Shown here one piece after another: positions 29,279 to 38,524 of a stretch of DNA of 64,000 nt; position 1 is the first letter of the stretch, and each line of letters begins with the position of its first letter. The DNA comes from Acidobacteriota bacterium (GTDB taxonomy: Bacteria > Acidobacteriota > UBA6911 > RPQK01 > JAJDTT01), in the NCBI GenBank assembly GCA_965209055.1, contig OZ242374.1:3776001-3840000 (forward strand), in the 5' to 3' direction. The notes under the pieces were generated by a model. The model saw nothing but the letters and a program-made list of their open reading frames with translations. It was not told the origin of the DNA and made no database searches. The translations under genes and the position numbers were made by a program.

Positions 29279-30124
29279 TTACCCGCCGTTGGATCCACCC
29301 AGACGGACGCTGAGGTTTTCTCCGCGGCTGCTCTTGGAACTCGAGGCCTGGCGCATCAGGTATTCGTTGGCCGGCAGGTGCGGGTAGACGTGGGGATTGA
29401 GCACCTGGTACGCCTCGGCGTACGAGACCGAGGAGTGAAGCCCCATTCTCCCATTGGTGACTTCGATGCATTTCCGTCCCAGGTCTCCCGTGTAGTACTG
29501 GCTCGCCACGCAGTCCAACGCTTGGGCCTTCTTCTCCACGACCGGGGTGATGTCCACCAGCACATTTGCGAATCGCCGCCCCTCGGCGGATAGCTGGTTG
29601 GTGTGTCCGTACATGGTGATGAAAAAGACCTGCGCCGGCGTGACCGGGTCCTCGGCGTCCTGGACGTAGTTGGAGGTCTTGACCAGGTCACATGCTCGGA
29701 GGGCCGCCTCCGCCGTCTCCTGGTGGGCGAACCCCAGTTCCTCGGTGGGATTGTGCAGGATCAGGAGATGGGGCCGGACATCCGCCAGCTCTTTGGCGAT
29801 GGCTTCGATCAACTCCCGGCTCTGGATCACCACGTCGTCCTTCAGGCGCAGGAACCGGACGTCCCGAACCCCCAGGATCTCCATCCCCCGGCGGGCCTCG
29901 TCCTCCTTCTCCCGAATGGCCTCCTCCAGATCGGAGACCTGATCGAGCCGGCCGCTCTTGATGAGCTCGTTGCGCCGGGTGTGGTGGGTGTCCACACCGT
30001 GGGTACAGACCACCATGGTGACCCGGTCCCCGCGTTGGGCATGGAGACAGAGGGTTCCTCCCGCATGGTCGATGGCATCGGCGGGATGACACATGACGGC
30101 CATGATCTTGAGACGTTCTTCCAT
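29279..30124 (-). CDS. PIG-L/LmbE family metalloenzyme, HPAD variant
   Basis: CHPADAIDHAGGTL, VDITPVVEKK...SQ and YAEAY motifs; RBS AGGAGG. Confidence 0.8.
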   Translation of the reverse strand: MEERLKIMAVMCHPADAIDHAGGTLCLHAQRGDRVTMVVCTHGVDTHHTRRNELIKSGRLDQVSDLEEAIREKEDEARRGMEILGVRDVRFLRLKDDVVIQSRELIEAIAKELADVRPHLLILHNPTEELGFAHQETAEAALRACDLVKTSNYVQDAEDPVTPAQVFFITMYGHTNQLSAEGRRFANVLVDITPVVEKKAQALDCVASQYYTGDLGRKCIEVTNGRMGLHSSVSYAEAYQVLNPHVYPHLPANEYLMRQASSSKSSRGENLSVRLGGSNGG

Positions 30125-30136
30125 GGCGGACCTCCT

Positions 30137-30163
30137 GGAGGGGGGACATTCTTGTCCCTCCTC
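30137..30163. repeat. REP-like hairpin, type B (GGAGGGGGGACATTCTTGTCCC)
   Basis: Related hairpins at 39910, 40641, 45622, 47250 and 55349. Confidence 0.7.
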
Positions 30164-30321
30164 TTCGTTCCCTATACTTTGAGGAGAACGAAATGCTGAA
30201 TCAACGCCGCCGACGATGTCAACCGCCGGGAGAACCCATGTGGATGCCCTCTCTGGCCATCCGTCGGAAACATGCGATATCATGGCGCCAATCTGAGTCC
30301 GGGTCTTTTGGAGGAAAGTAT

Positions 30322-31296
30322 ATGCGTCGCAGAACCTTTTTCGGCAGCGCCCTGGCTGGCGTGTTGGCTCTTCGGAGCAAGGCTTGGGGGCGGAGCCCGG
30401 TACCCGCTTCCACCGGTGGCGACATTCCCAAGCGCGTCTTCGGCAAGACGGGAGAGAAGCTGACCATCGTCGGGCAGGCCGGCGGACGCTATCCCATGAT
30501 CTCCTTCGAGGACGCCAAGGCGGTGACGCTCCGGGCCTACGAGCTCGGCGTCAACTACTTCGACAACGCCCATTCCTACTGGTCGGGGCGATCCGAGGAG
30601 GTGTACGGCGAGGTGCTTCCAGCTTTTCGCAAGGATGTCTTCGTCACCACCAAGAGCGTCGTCCGAGACCGGGAGGGCGCAGCCAAGGAACTGGAGATCT
30701 CCCTGAAGCGGCTCAAGATGGACTACGTGGACCTGTGGCAGATCCACTCCGTCAGCCGGATGGAGGACGTGGAGCAGATCTTCGCTCCCGGCGGCGCCAT
30801 CGAGGCCTTCGAGGAGGCCAAGCGGAGCGGCAAGACCCGGTTCATCGGCTTCACCGGGCATACGGACCCCCACGTCCACATGGAGATGCTGAAACGCTAC
30901 GACCAGTTCGACACCATTCTGATGCCGCTGAATCCGGCCGACCCGTCCTACCTGAGCTTCGAGCAGATCGTGCTTCCCGAGGCCGTCCGGCAGGGACTGG
31001 GCATCCAGGGCATGAAGAGTCTGGCCAACGCCAAGCTTCTCCAGTCCTTCAGCGTCGAGGACTGCATCCAATACGTCCTGAGCCTCCCCATCCATTGCCT
31101 GACCATGGGCGCCACCACGCTGGGCCAGATCGAGGACGATGTCCGGATCGCCAAGCGCTTCGCCGCGTTGGAAGAACCTCAGATGGCGGAGCTCCGGGAA
31201 AGAGCTCGCCGTCTGGCGGGTCCGGAACTGGAGGACTGGAAGCGCGGTCCGGAGCGGGCCGGCCTGGACCCCGCGGGGGCCGAGATCCACGGCTGA
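30322..31296 (+). CDS. aldo/keto reductase with Tat signal peptide
   Basis: MRRRTFF twin-arginine motif; GVNYFDNA..Y, SE, TK, SLKRL..DYVDLWQIH and IGFTGH motifs. Confidence 0.9.
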   Translation: MRRRTFFGSALAGVLALRSKAWGRSPVPASTGGDIPKRVFGKTGEKLTIVGQAGGRYPMISFEDAKAVTLRAYELGVNYFDNAHSYWSGRSEEVYGEVLPAFRKDVFVTTKSVVRDREGAAKELEISLKRLKMDYVDLWQIHSVSRMEDVEQIFAPGGAIEAFEEAKRSGKTRFIGFTGHTDPHVHMEMLKRYDQFDTILMPLNPADPSYLSFEQIVLPEAVRQGLGIQGMKSLANAKLLQSFSVEDCIQYVLSLPIHCLTMGATTLGQIEDDVRIAKRFAALEEPQMAELRERARRLAGPELEDWKRGPERAGLDPAGAEIHG

Positions 31297-31306
31297 CTCC
31301 CAGCGG

Positions 31307-33586
31307 GTGATCGAGACGGCTTCGACCCGGCGGCGAGAGCTTCTGGACCGTTACCTGCGGTCTCTTCCTTTCGAACCCTATGTGTTTCAGAGGGACGCTC
31401 TGGAGGCTTGGTACGCCTCGGGTGAGGATCTTCTGGTAACCTCGCCCACCGGCACCGGCAAGACCCTCATCGCCGAAGGTGCCCTCTTCGAGGCGCTTCA
31501 CGGCGGTCGGACCGCCTATTACACCACTCCCCTCATCGCGCTGACCGAGCAGAAATTCCGGGAGATGCAGGCGGCCGCCGTACACTGGGGGTTTCCCGCC
31601 GACAGCGTGGGGCTGGTGACCGGGAACCGCCAGGTCAACCCGGACGCGCCGGTACGGGTGGTGGTGGCCGAAATCCTCCTCAATCGCCTGCTGCACCCCG
31701 GCAACTTCGATTTCGATCGGGTCGCCGTCGTGGTCAAGGACGAGTTCCACACCTTCCGGGATCCGGAACGGGGCATCGTCTGGGAATTGTCCCTTTCGCT
31801 GCTCCCCAGGCACGTGAGGCTTCTCCTGCTCTCGGCAACCGTGGGCCGTCCCGAGTCCTTCACGACCTGGCTCCGGAAAAGCCATGGACGGCAAATGCAG
31901 TTGTTCCGGGGAAGGGAACGGCGGGTCCCGCTGACTTATGAGTGGGTGGACGACCTGCTGTTGGAAGAGCTGCTGGTGGAGCTGGTTCGGGGCGGGAAAA
32001 AAGGGCGCAGGAGCCCCTGTTTGGTGTTCTGCTTCAACCGCCGGGAGTGCTGGTCGGTGGCGGAACGGCTCAAGGGCCGGCCCCTGGTGGACGGGAGCCG
32101 GAAGCGAAAGCTGGCCGCTCGCCTGCGGGACTCGGACCTGTCGGATGGAGCTGGACCCATCCTGCGGCAGCTCCTCTTGCGGGGCGTGGGAATCCACCAT
32201 GCCGGGGTCCTGCCCAAGTATCGGCGTGTTGTGGAGCAGTTGTTCCAGCGCCGGCTGCTTCCGGTGGTCATCTGCACGGAGACCCTGTCGGCCGGGATCA
32301 ATCTGCCGGCCAGGTCCGTGGTGCTGAAGAGTCTGGTCAAGGGCCCGCCGCGGCGGAAACGGGCGCTGGACGCCACCACCGCCCATCAGATCTTCGGCCG
32401 GGCCGGGCGGCCCCGATGGGATCGTCGGGGATTTGTCCTGGCCCTGGCTCCGGAAGAAGAAGTAAAGCTTCTGCGCCGCAAGCGAAAGTTGGAGTCGATC
32501 CCCGCCCGGACCCGCAAGTCGGCGTTTCGCCAGGCCCGGAAGTCCCTGGCGCGGAGGATGAGGTCCCGTCGCCATGCCCGCGCCTCCTGGGACCGGTCTC
32601 AGTTTCGCCGTTTGGTTGCGGCGCGGCCGGCGGTCCTGGCCAGCCGGGGGCCGCTGCCCTGGCGGTATTTGGCCTACCTGCTGAAGCGTTCGCCACAAGT
32701 CGACGAGGTCCGGACCATGGTCGGAAAGCGGTTGCTGAGCGCCCGAGCGGTGCAGTCGGCTCAAGGGGCTCTGAACGACATGCTGCTCACCCTGCGCCTC
32801 GGAGGCTACGTGACGTTGGACCCGGAACCGCCTCCCCAAGAAGAGGTTTCGCCCGACTACCGTCCGGTGCTTGCTCAGGCCACGCTTCGGCTGGACCGGC
32901 TGCTGGCCTTTCGCGGCATCAATCCTCTCTATGGCGACTTCCTGAGCGAGATGCTGCCGAAGGGTAGCCGAAGCGAGAGGATTCAGGCTCTGGAAAGCGT
33001 CCTTGAGCTTTCCGGAGCGGTGGCCAGAGCGGTTCCGGTGCCGGAATCCCGGCGGCTGGACCCCGGTCCCCTCGAGACGGCCTGTCTCGATCCCGAATTG
33101 GTTCGTCCGGGACCAACCGGGGACACGCAATCAACGCTCCGGCAGCACCTCTTGGAGGCAGGTCCGGGACCGACCCTGGCCGCCAAGTTGCGTCTCGTGT
33201 TCGATGGACGGTTGCCTCAGGTGACTCAGTTGAAGGTTCGGCCCGTCTGGGCCGCCGGGGATCTGCTCGACCTCGGGGGTGACTTCAACCGGTTCGTCCA
33301 CAGCCGCGGGCTGGTCAGGCAGGAGGGGATTCTGTTTCGCCATTTGCTTCGCCTGGCGCTGCTGTGCGGGGAGTTCGCCGCGCTCCCGAATTGGGACGCC
33401 GCCTGCGGTTGCGACCTGGAGGAAGTGGCGCTCGCACTGCGCCGGAGTTGCCGCCGGATCGACCCCGAGAGCACCGACCGGTTTTTGGAGCGGAGCGGCG
33501 GTTTCGAACCGCCGAACAGGAACGGCGGTTTCCAACCGCCGAACAGGAGCGGCGGTTTCCAACCGCCGGACACCAAAAAACCGTGA
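31307..33586 (+). CDS. Ski2-like DExH-box helicase (C-terminal DUF3516-like region)
   Basis: SPTGTGKT, TPLIAL, DEFH, LSAT, HHAG, TETLSAGINLPAR and Q..GRAGR motifs. GTG start inferred. Confidence 0.9.
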   Translation: MIETASTRRRELLDRYLRSLPFEPYVFQRDALEAWYASGEDLLVTSPTGTGKTLIAEGALFEALHGGRTAYYTTPLIALTEQKFREMQAAAVHWGFPADSVGLVTGNRQVNPDAPVRVVVAEILLNRLLHPGNFDFDRVAVVVKDEFHTFRDPERGIVWELSLSLLPRHVRLLLLSATVGRPESFTTWLRKSHGRQMQLFRGRERRVPLTYEWVDDLLLEELLVELVRGGKKGRRSPCLVFCFNRRECWSVAERLKGRPLVDGSRKRKLAARLRDSDLSDGAGPILRQLLLRGVGIHHAGVLPKYRRVVEQLFQRRLLPVVICTETLSAGINLPARSVVLKSLVKGPPRRKRALDATTAHQIFGRAGRPRWDRRGFVLALAPEEEVKLLRRKRKLESIPARTRKSAFRQARKSLARRMRSRRHARASWDRSQFRRLVAARPAVLASRGPLPWRYLAYLLKRSPQVDEVRTMVGKRLLSARAVQSAQGALNDMLLTLRLGGYVTLDPEPPPQEEVSPDYRPVLAQATLRLDRLLAFRGINPLYGDFLSEMLPKGSRSERIQALESVLELSGAVARAVPVPESRRLDPGPLETACLDPELVRPGPTGDTQSTLRQHLLEAGPGPTLAAKLRLVFDGRLPQVTQLKVRPVWAAGDLLDLGGDFNRFVHSRGLVRQEGILFRHLLRLALLCGEFAALPNWDAACGCDLEEVALALRRSCRRIDPESTDRFLERSGGFEPPNRNGGFQPPNRSGGFQPPDTKKP
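33492..33572 (+). repeat. three tandem 27-bp REP-like units inside the helicase 3' end
   Basis: GGA(G/A)CGGCGGTTTC(G/C)AACCGCCG(A/G)ACA x3, encoding SGGFEPPNR-NGGFQPPNR-SGGFQPPDT. Confidence 0.9.
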
Positions 33587-33680
33587 ACCGCCAACCCCGC
33601 GGAAGAAGAAAACGGGCGCGAGGAGAATAGGGGCATTTGAACTTGGCGGCTTGATGATTGCCCCAACAAGGAGAAATGAA

Positions 33681-34448
33681 ATGGAATCGATCCCGAGGCG
33701 GAATCTGTTGGGTGTTTCCGGAGCCCTTGCCGGCGGGACGTTGTTGGGACTCGCTGAGAGCGAGAGCGAGGAGCCCGGAAAGAAGTCCAAACGGGAGCCT
33801 CGGCTAAAGGTCGTCGTCGTCGGCGCCCACCCGGACGACCCCGAAACCGGTTGCGGCGGAACCATGGCCCGTTACGCTGCAGCGGGCCACCGCGTGACGG
33901 CCCTCTACCTGACCCGCGGCGAGCGGGGCATCCGGGGACAGTCGCTGGAGGAGGCCGCGAGCATCCGCACCGCCGAGGCTCAGGAAGCCTGCCGAATCCT
34001 GGGGGCGAGACCCCTCTTCGCCGGACAGATCGATGGCGACACCGCGACCGGCAATCGGCGTTACGAGGAATTCCTGAAGATCGTTCAGGGAGAAGACCCG
34101 GACCTGCTGTTCACCCACTGGCCCATCGACCGCCACCGGGACCACCGCGCGGCCAGCATGCTGGCGTTCGATGCTTGGCTGAAACTGGATCGGAAGTTCG
34201 ATCTCTACTTCTATGAGGTCGTTTCCGGGAGGCAGAGCCAGACCTTCTCACCCACTCACTACATCGACATCACCGCCACCGAGTCCCTGAAGAAGAAGGC
34301 CACCTACGCCCACGCCAGCCAGAACCCGGAGGGGCTGTACCGCCGCCACGACCTGATGAACCGGTTTCGCGGCTCCGAGTACCGCTGCGAGTTCGCCGAA
34401 GCCTTCGTACGCCACGTCCAGGGTGCGGATCACGAGTTCCGGTTCTGA
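33681..34448 (+). CDS. PIG-L/LmbE family deacetylase with Tat-like signal
   Basis: PRRNLL; GAHPDD.E.GCGG, LTRGE, R.AEA, THWPID.HRDH and HASQ motifs. Confidence 0.9.
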   Translation: MESIPRRNLLGVSGALAGGTLLGLAESESEEPGKKSKREPRLKVVVVGAHPDDPETGCGGTMARYAAAGHRVTALYLTRGERGIRGQSLEEAASIRTAEAQEACRILGARPLFAGQIDGDTATGNRRYEEFLKIVQGEDPDLLFTHWPIDRHRDHRAASMLAFDAWLKLDRKFDLYFYEVVSGRQSQTFSPTHYIDITATESLKKKATYAHASQNPEGLYRRHDLMNRFRGSEYRCEFAEAFVRHVQGADHEFRF

Positions 34449-34464
34449 GCGGATGCCGACTGGT

Positions 34465-34698
34465 TCAGGAGCCCATCGTTCTCGCATGCCGCTGGTCAAG
34501 CTCGTCGAGCAACCCTAAGCCGCGCGTCACATCACCTCGCGCTGCGCGCATGCGAAATCTCATTTCCGTATCGTGTTCGGTCAACGCTCGAACTGAGAGT
34601 TCTTCCATCAGCTTGTTGAGACTCAGGCCACGCTGGGCAGCCATGGCCTTCAACCGATCACGATGGGCATCAGGAAGCCGAATCGTTAACGTAGCCAT
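34465..34698 (-). CDS. ribbon-helix-helix (HicB-like) antitoxin
   Basis: MATLTIRLPD..RDRLK..A.QRGLSLNKLMEEL; directly downstream of the PIN gene. Confidence 0.85.
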   Translation of the reverse strand: MATLTIRLPDAHRDRLKAMAAQRGLSLNKLMEELSVRALTEHDTEMRFRMRAARGDVTRGLGLLDELDQRHARTMGS

Positions 34699-34699
34699 G

Positions 34700-35128
34700 T
34701 CAGTGAACCTCCTTCAACCAAGCACCTGGAGTGGCAACACGGAAACTGTCAAATACCAATTCGCCTGCCGCAATATCTCTGACGTTCCCTGTCACGATCC
34801 ACTCGGCGTTACCTGCAATTGCCAACTCGATCAGATGGTTATCGGACTCGTCCGGCAGATTGGGGCGCCATAGAAATGTGATGTTGACCCATTGGCAGAC
34901 GTTGAGAAGAGCATCAAATAAAGCCTGCCGATCCCCTGGACCGATCAATGCCGTAGCGAATAATTCCTGTCTCGACAGTACATCCTCATACTCGAGAAAC
35001 AAGGCGTTGCTGATTAGCGGCCGGGCGTTGCCGCCAAAACATCGCCGCAGTACTTCCCGGGCTGCACCATCGGGCGATAGGATCGCGGAAACCAGAACAT
35101 TGGTGTCAACGACGATCCGTGGTGCCAC
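34700..35128 (-). CDS. PIN-domain toxin
   Basis: VVDTNVLVSA, EYEDV, WRPNLPDESDNH..ELA and IVTGN.RD motifs. Confidence 0.9.
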   Translation of the reverse strand: MAPRIVVDTNVLVSAILSPDGAAREVLRRCFGGNARPLISNALFLEYEDVLSRQELFATALIGPGDRQALFDALLNVCQWVNITFLWRPNLPDESDNHLIELAIAGNAEWIVTGNVRDIAAGELVFDSFRVATPGAWLKEVH

Positions 35129-35132
35129 AGAG

Positions 35133-35165
35133 TGATAGTGTATATGCTATCATTCTGATCTGCAA
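35133..35165 (-). promoter_or_regulatory. sigma70 promoter TTGCAG-N17-TACACT with an overlapping palindromic operator (TA autoregulation)
   Basis: -35 at 35160-35165, -10 at 35137-35142; palindrome TGATAG-N8-CTATCA at 35133-35152; GTG start 8 nt after the -10. Confidence 0.7.
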
Positions 35166-35294
35166 CTCTTGGAGTCGGCAACGCGACTGTCGTGCCGTCC
35201 CGGCGAACTGACCCAATTGGGGCAGAGCCCCAACCGACTGGATTATGGCTTTTGGAACATCCGTGCGGATCATACCGGTCCGAATGCCCAATCC

Positions 35295-38200
35295 CTAAAA
35301 AACCAGCTTCAACCCGAACTGCGCCGAGATGGGACCCGGGGTCTGGTCCAACTGCATGAAGTTGGGGTCGCCCAGGATGGCGTTTCTCGCTGCGAGGGGG
35401 GTGCTGTAGTAGTTGCCGGCATTCGTCAGGTTGAAGACCTCGAAGGTGAAGCGAATCAACGCGGTGTCGTTGGCGGAGAGGGAAAACTCCCGGCTGAGCC
35501 GGAAGTCCCAGCGGAAGTAGGCTCCAGTGGAGAAAGGATAACGTTCCAGCAGGGCGCCGTTTTGCACCGGGCGAATGGGATTGAAGTCGTTGGAGCACTG
35601 GAAGCTGTTGTCGAAGACCGATCCCGGGGATCCGTCCGCCACACCGGGATCTCCGCAGCGGCCCGAATACGCCGGAAAAGGCCGTCCGCTACGGGCGGAC
35701 ACCAGGGTGCTGATCCGGAGCTTGCCCGGCAATTCGAAATAGCCGAAAAACGAGAACTGGTGGGTGATGTCCAGTTGGCTGCGTCCCCAATCCAACTCCA
35801 GGAAGTTGAAGGGATCCGAAGGTCCGTAGGAGGCATCGCTGGAGCGGTCGCTGGTAGCGTTGTCTTCATTGTTGGAAAACGAGTAGTTCACCGCGAACTG
35901 GGTTCGATTCCGAAAATCCTTCTTCAACTGGACGATCAGCGCGTGATATCTGGCCTCTCCGAAGCTGGCGATCGCATTGGCGTTGCCGACGTTCGGATCC
36001 AGGCGCGGCAGGTTGAATCCGCCCACCGTGCGGCCGTGCTCGTCCAGAGTCGCGCCGGACGGGTCCAGGTTCCGGTCCCAGGGTGTCGAGAAGAACCCGC
36101 CGGTCCGCAGATTGGCGGAGCGGTTGAAGGTATATGTTCCGGTGATGCTGAGTTCGCCGGCAATCTGTCGTTCGATTCCGACTTGGCCGTTGATCACTCG
36201 CGCGCTCTGGTAGTTGGGATCCACATAGTCGATGGGCGGCGGACCGATGAGGCTCTCGACCTCGGGAGTCGCCATCGAGGGGAGCAGCCCGGGATAGCTC
36301 AGGCCGAATCCGAGCAGGTCGGTGGATGAACCGAAGAATGGGACGAAAACGACGGCGGATCGCAGGCCCGGCCCGGACAGCATTCCCGCTACGAAAATCG
36401 TGGGAGCGGCAGCGTAGTAGATGCCGGTGCCACCACGGATGATTGTGCTGCGTCGACCGCCCACGTCCCAGGCGAATCCCACCCGGGGCGCGAAATTGTT
36501 GAAGTCGTCGGGCACATCGGAGGAGGCTGGAGCCAGTTCGACCGAGACCCGGTTTCCGCTGATGCGGGGCTTGCCGACCGGCAGCATCGCCTCGGGCAGG
36601 CCGAATCCCGATTCCGGGTTCCAGACTCCGTCCCAACGCAACCCCAGGTTCAAATTGAAATCGGCGTGCACCCGCCAGTTGTCCTGCACGAAAAACGACA
36701 GTTCGTGCTGCCAGAAGTCGGTAAGCGTGCCGCTCTCCACCACGCCGATACCGTTGATTCCCACGCGCTGGAGAAGGAAGGCGGGAGTGCGGGCCGCGAA
36801 GTCCTCCAGGCTGAAGAACGTGTAGACACCCCCGGCGAACCCGATGAAGGTCTGGTTGGACGCGTTGGAGTTCAGGTCGCCCCCCAGCTTGAGGTCATGT
36901 CTTCCGAAGGTGCGGCTGAAACTGTCGATGATCTGGTAGCGCTTGTGCTGGCTGTCGATGGGAAGAAAGAAGACCTGCCCGAAGTTGCCCGTATCGGTGA
37001 TGGATGTCTCCGGACCGGGAGCCCGCTGCCGGCGGGGCCGGATCTCCTGCGAATAGGAGAATCGCAGTTCATTGACACTCGCGTTTCCCAGAAGAGAGGT
37101 GATGGATTGGGCCGCGGCCCAGCCTTCATTGACAAAGTTCTCGAAGTTGGACTCCACACGGCCCAGCACGAAGGTCTGGCTGCCGGCGTAGCCGGTGAAG
37201 TTGTCGGTCTCGTTGCGGGTGTAGTTCAGACGGGTCGTCGCCAGGTGGTTGCTGGTGAGGTTGTAGTCGAATTTGGTGAGTACGGCAGTCAGGTCCTGGC
37301 GCTGGGAACTGCTGTGCTCAAGGTCGGCCAGGGTGGAGCCGCCGTAGAACGACGGGACCGGACAGGGGCAGGGTTCGGCCGATACGTCGCGGGCGAAAAC
37401 TGCGGTCAGGGGCCCCTTCTGCTGCTGGGCGTCCAGGGCCAGGAAGAAGAAGGCCCTGTCCCGGGAGATCGGTCCCCCCACGGTCCCTCCGAACTGGTGC
37501 CGGGTGTTCAACCCCGGCGCGATGGTGGTTTCCGGGTCGGCCGGCACCGAGGTGTCTGCGATGAAGGTGTTGGACTGGAAGAACCAGTGGGCCGACCCGT
37601 GCCAATTGTTGGTGCCCGACTTGGTCACCACGTTGATCAAGCCTCCGGTGGCGTGGCCGAACTCGGCCGAGAGACCCGTGTCCCGAACCTGGAACTCCTG
37701 AATCGCGTCCTGCGGCACCGTGAAGTTCTTGGTTTCCAACGAACCGAACCATTCGCCGAAGAAAGAGTTCCGATTGTCCACTCCGTCGATGATCAGTCCC
37801 GTGTACTCTCCTTGTTGCCCCTGGAGCCTGACGGGAGAGCGCAGTCCCGGAGTGGTGTCAGCCGTCGGCGACAGGTTGGCGAAGTCCCGGAAGTCGCGTC
37901 CGCTGATGGGCAGGTTCTCCACGTAGTCGTTGTTGATGGCGGTATTGACCCGGGTTTCGCTCGTATCCATGCGGCCGGTTCCACTCTGGACGGTAATCTC
38001 CTGACCGACCGCCTCGAGCTGGAGGGTGACGTCCTCGATCAACTCCTGGCCAATGGAGAGCACCACGCCCTCCACGATGGTTCTGGCGAAGCCGGGCATG
38101 GAGACCTGGATCACATACTCGCCGGCCGGCAGGATATCGGCTCGAAACCGTCCGGCGTCGTTGCTGACCAGCGCCCGCTCGGCGCCGGTGGAGGCATTGA

Positions 38201-38363
38201 TGACCGTCACGCCGGCACCTGGGATCACGGCGCCGGAGGGGTCGAAGATGGTGCCGCTGATGGCGCCTTTTTCCAGAGTTTGGGCCACGCCGAACACACA
38301 GAGGAGGACTAGTAGGGGCAATAGGGGAAGAAACGATTGTCTGGTCGACTCTGAGCTCAACAT
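35295..38363 (-). CDS. Oar-like TonB-dependent receptor with N-terminal carboxypeptidase-regulatory-like domain
   Basis: G.I.DPSGAVIPGA.V, LPISGRDF, IDGVDN, AEFG...GG.INVVTKSGTN and NNFAPRVGFAWD motifs; C-terminal QFGLKLVF. Confidence 0.92.
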   Translation of the reverse strand: MLSSESTRQSFLPLLPLLVLLCVFGVAQTLEKGAISGTIFDPSGAVIPGAGVTVINASTGAERALVSNDAGRFRADILPAGEYVIQVSMPGFARTIVEGVVLSIGQELIEDVTLQLEAVGQEITVQSGTGRMDTSETRVNTAINNDYVENLPISGRDFRDFANLSPTADTTPGLRSPVRLQGQQGEYTGLIIDGVDNRNSFFGEWFGSLETKNFTVPQDAIQEFQVRDTGLSAEFGHATGGLINVVTKSGTNNWHGSAHWFFQSNTFIADTSVPADPETTIAPGLNTRHQFGGTVGGPISRDRAFFFLALDAQQQKGPLTAVFARDVSAEPCPCPVPSFYGGSTLADLEHSSSQRQDLTAVLTKFDYNLTSNHLATTRLNYTRNETDNFTGYAGSQTFVLGRVESNFENFVNEGWAAAQSITSLLGNASVNELRFSYSQEIRPRRQRAPGPETSITDTGNFGQVFFLPIDSQHKRYQIIDSFSRTFGRHDLKLGGDLNSNASNQTFIGFAGGVYTFFSLEDFAARTPAFLLQRVGINGIGVVESGTLTDFWQHELSFFVQDNWRVHADFNLNLGLRWDGVWNPESGFGLPEAMLPVGKPRISGNRVSVELAPASSDVPDDFNNFAPRVGFAWDVGGRRSTIIRGGTGIYYAAAPTIFVAGMLSGPGLRSAVVFVPFFGSSTDLLGFGLSYPGLLPSMATPEVESLIGPPPIDYVDPNYQSARVINGQVGIERQIAGELSITGTYTFNRSANLRTGGFFSTPWDRNLDPSGATLDEHGRTVGGFNLPRLDPNVGNANAIASFGEARYHALIVQLKKDFRNRTQFAVNYSFSNNEDNATSDRSSDASYGPSDPFNFLELDWGRSQLDITHQFSFFGYFELPGKLRISTLVSARSGRPFPAYSGRCGDPGVADGSPGSVFDNSFQCSNDFNPIRPVQNGALLERYPFSTGAYFRWDFRLSREFSLSANDTALIRFTFEVFNLTNAGNYYSTPLAARNAILGDPNFMQLDQTPGPISAQFGLKLVF

Positions 38364-38524
38364 TGAACTCCTTTTCGCACGCAACGTCACCGAGAGAGCC
38401 AATCGCCACGCCATCCTCGCCGTCGGCGCGGCACTGTTCGAGACCGTCGGCTCCTGAGCGTCCATTTGGTGCAAGAAACCTGCTACCAAGAGAGATTTCT
38501 TAGGATTCATTTCCGAAAGAATGC

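Noticed and set aside
33492-33572. Possible mini-CRISPR (palindromic repeats)
   Set aside because: Units are head-to-tail 27-mers with no unique spacers, no cas genes are present, and the same hairpin is dispersed elsewhere as a REP.
31307-35128. Helicase + PIN as an anti-phage defence system
   Set aside because: The genes are on opposite strands and separated by an unrelated deacetylase; the PIN gene has its own antitoxin and promoter.
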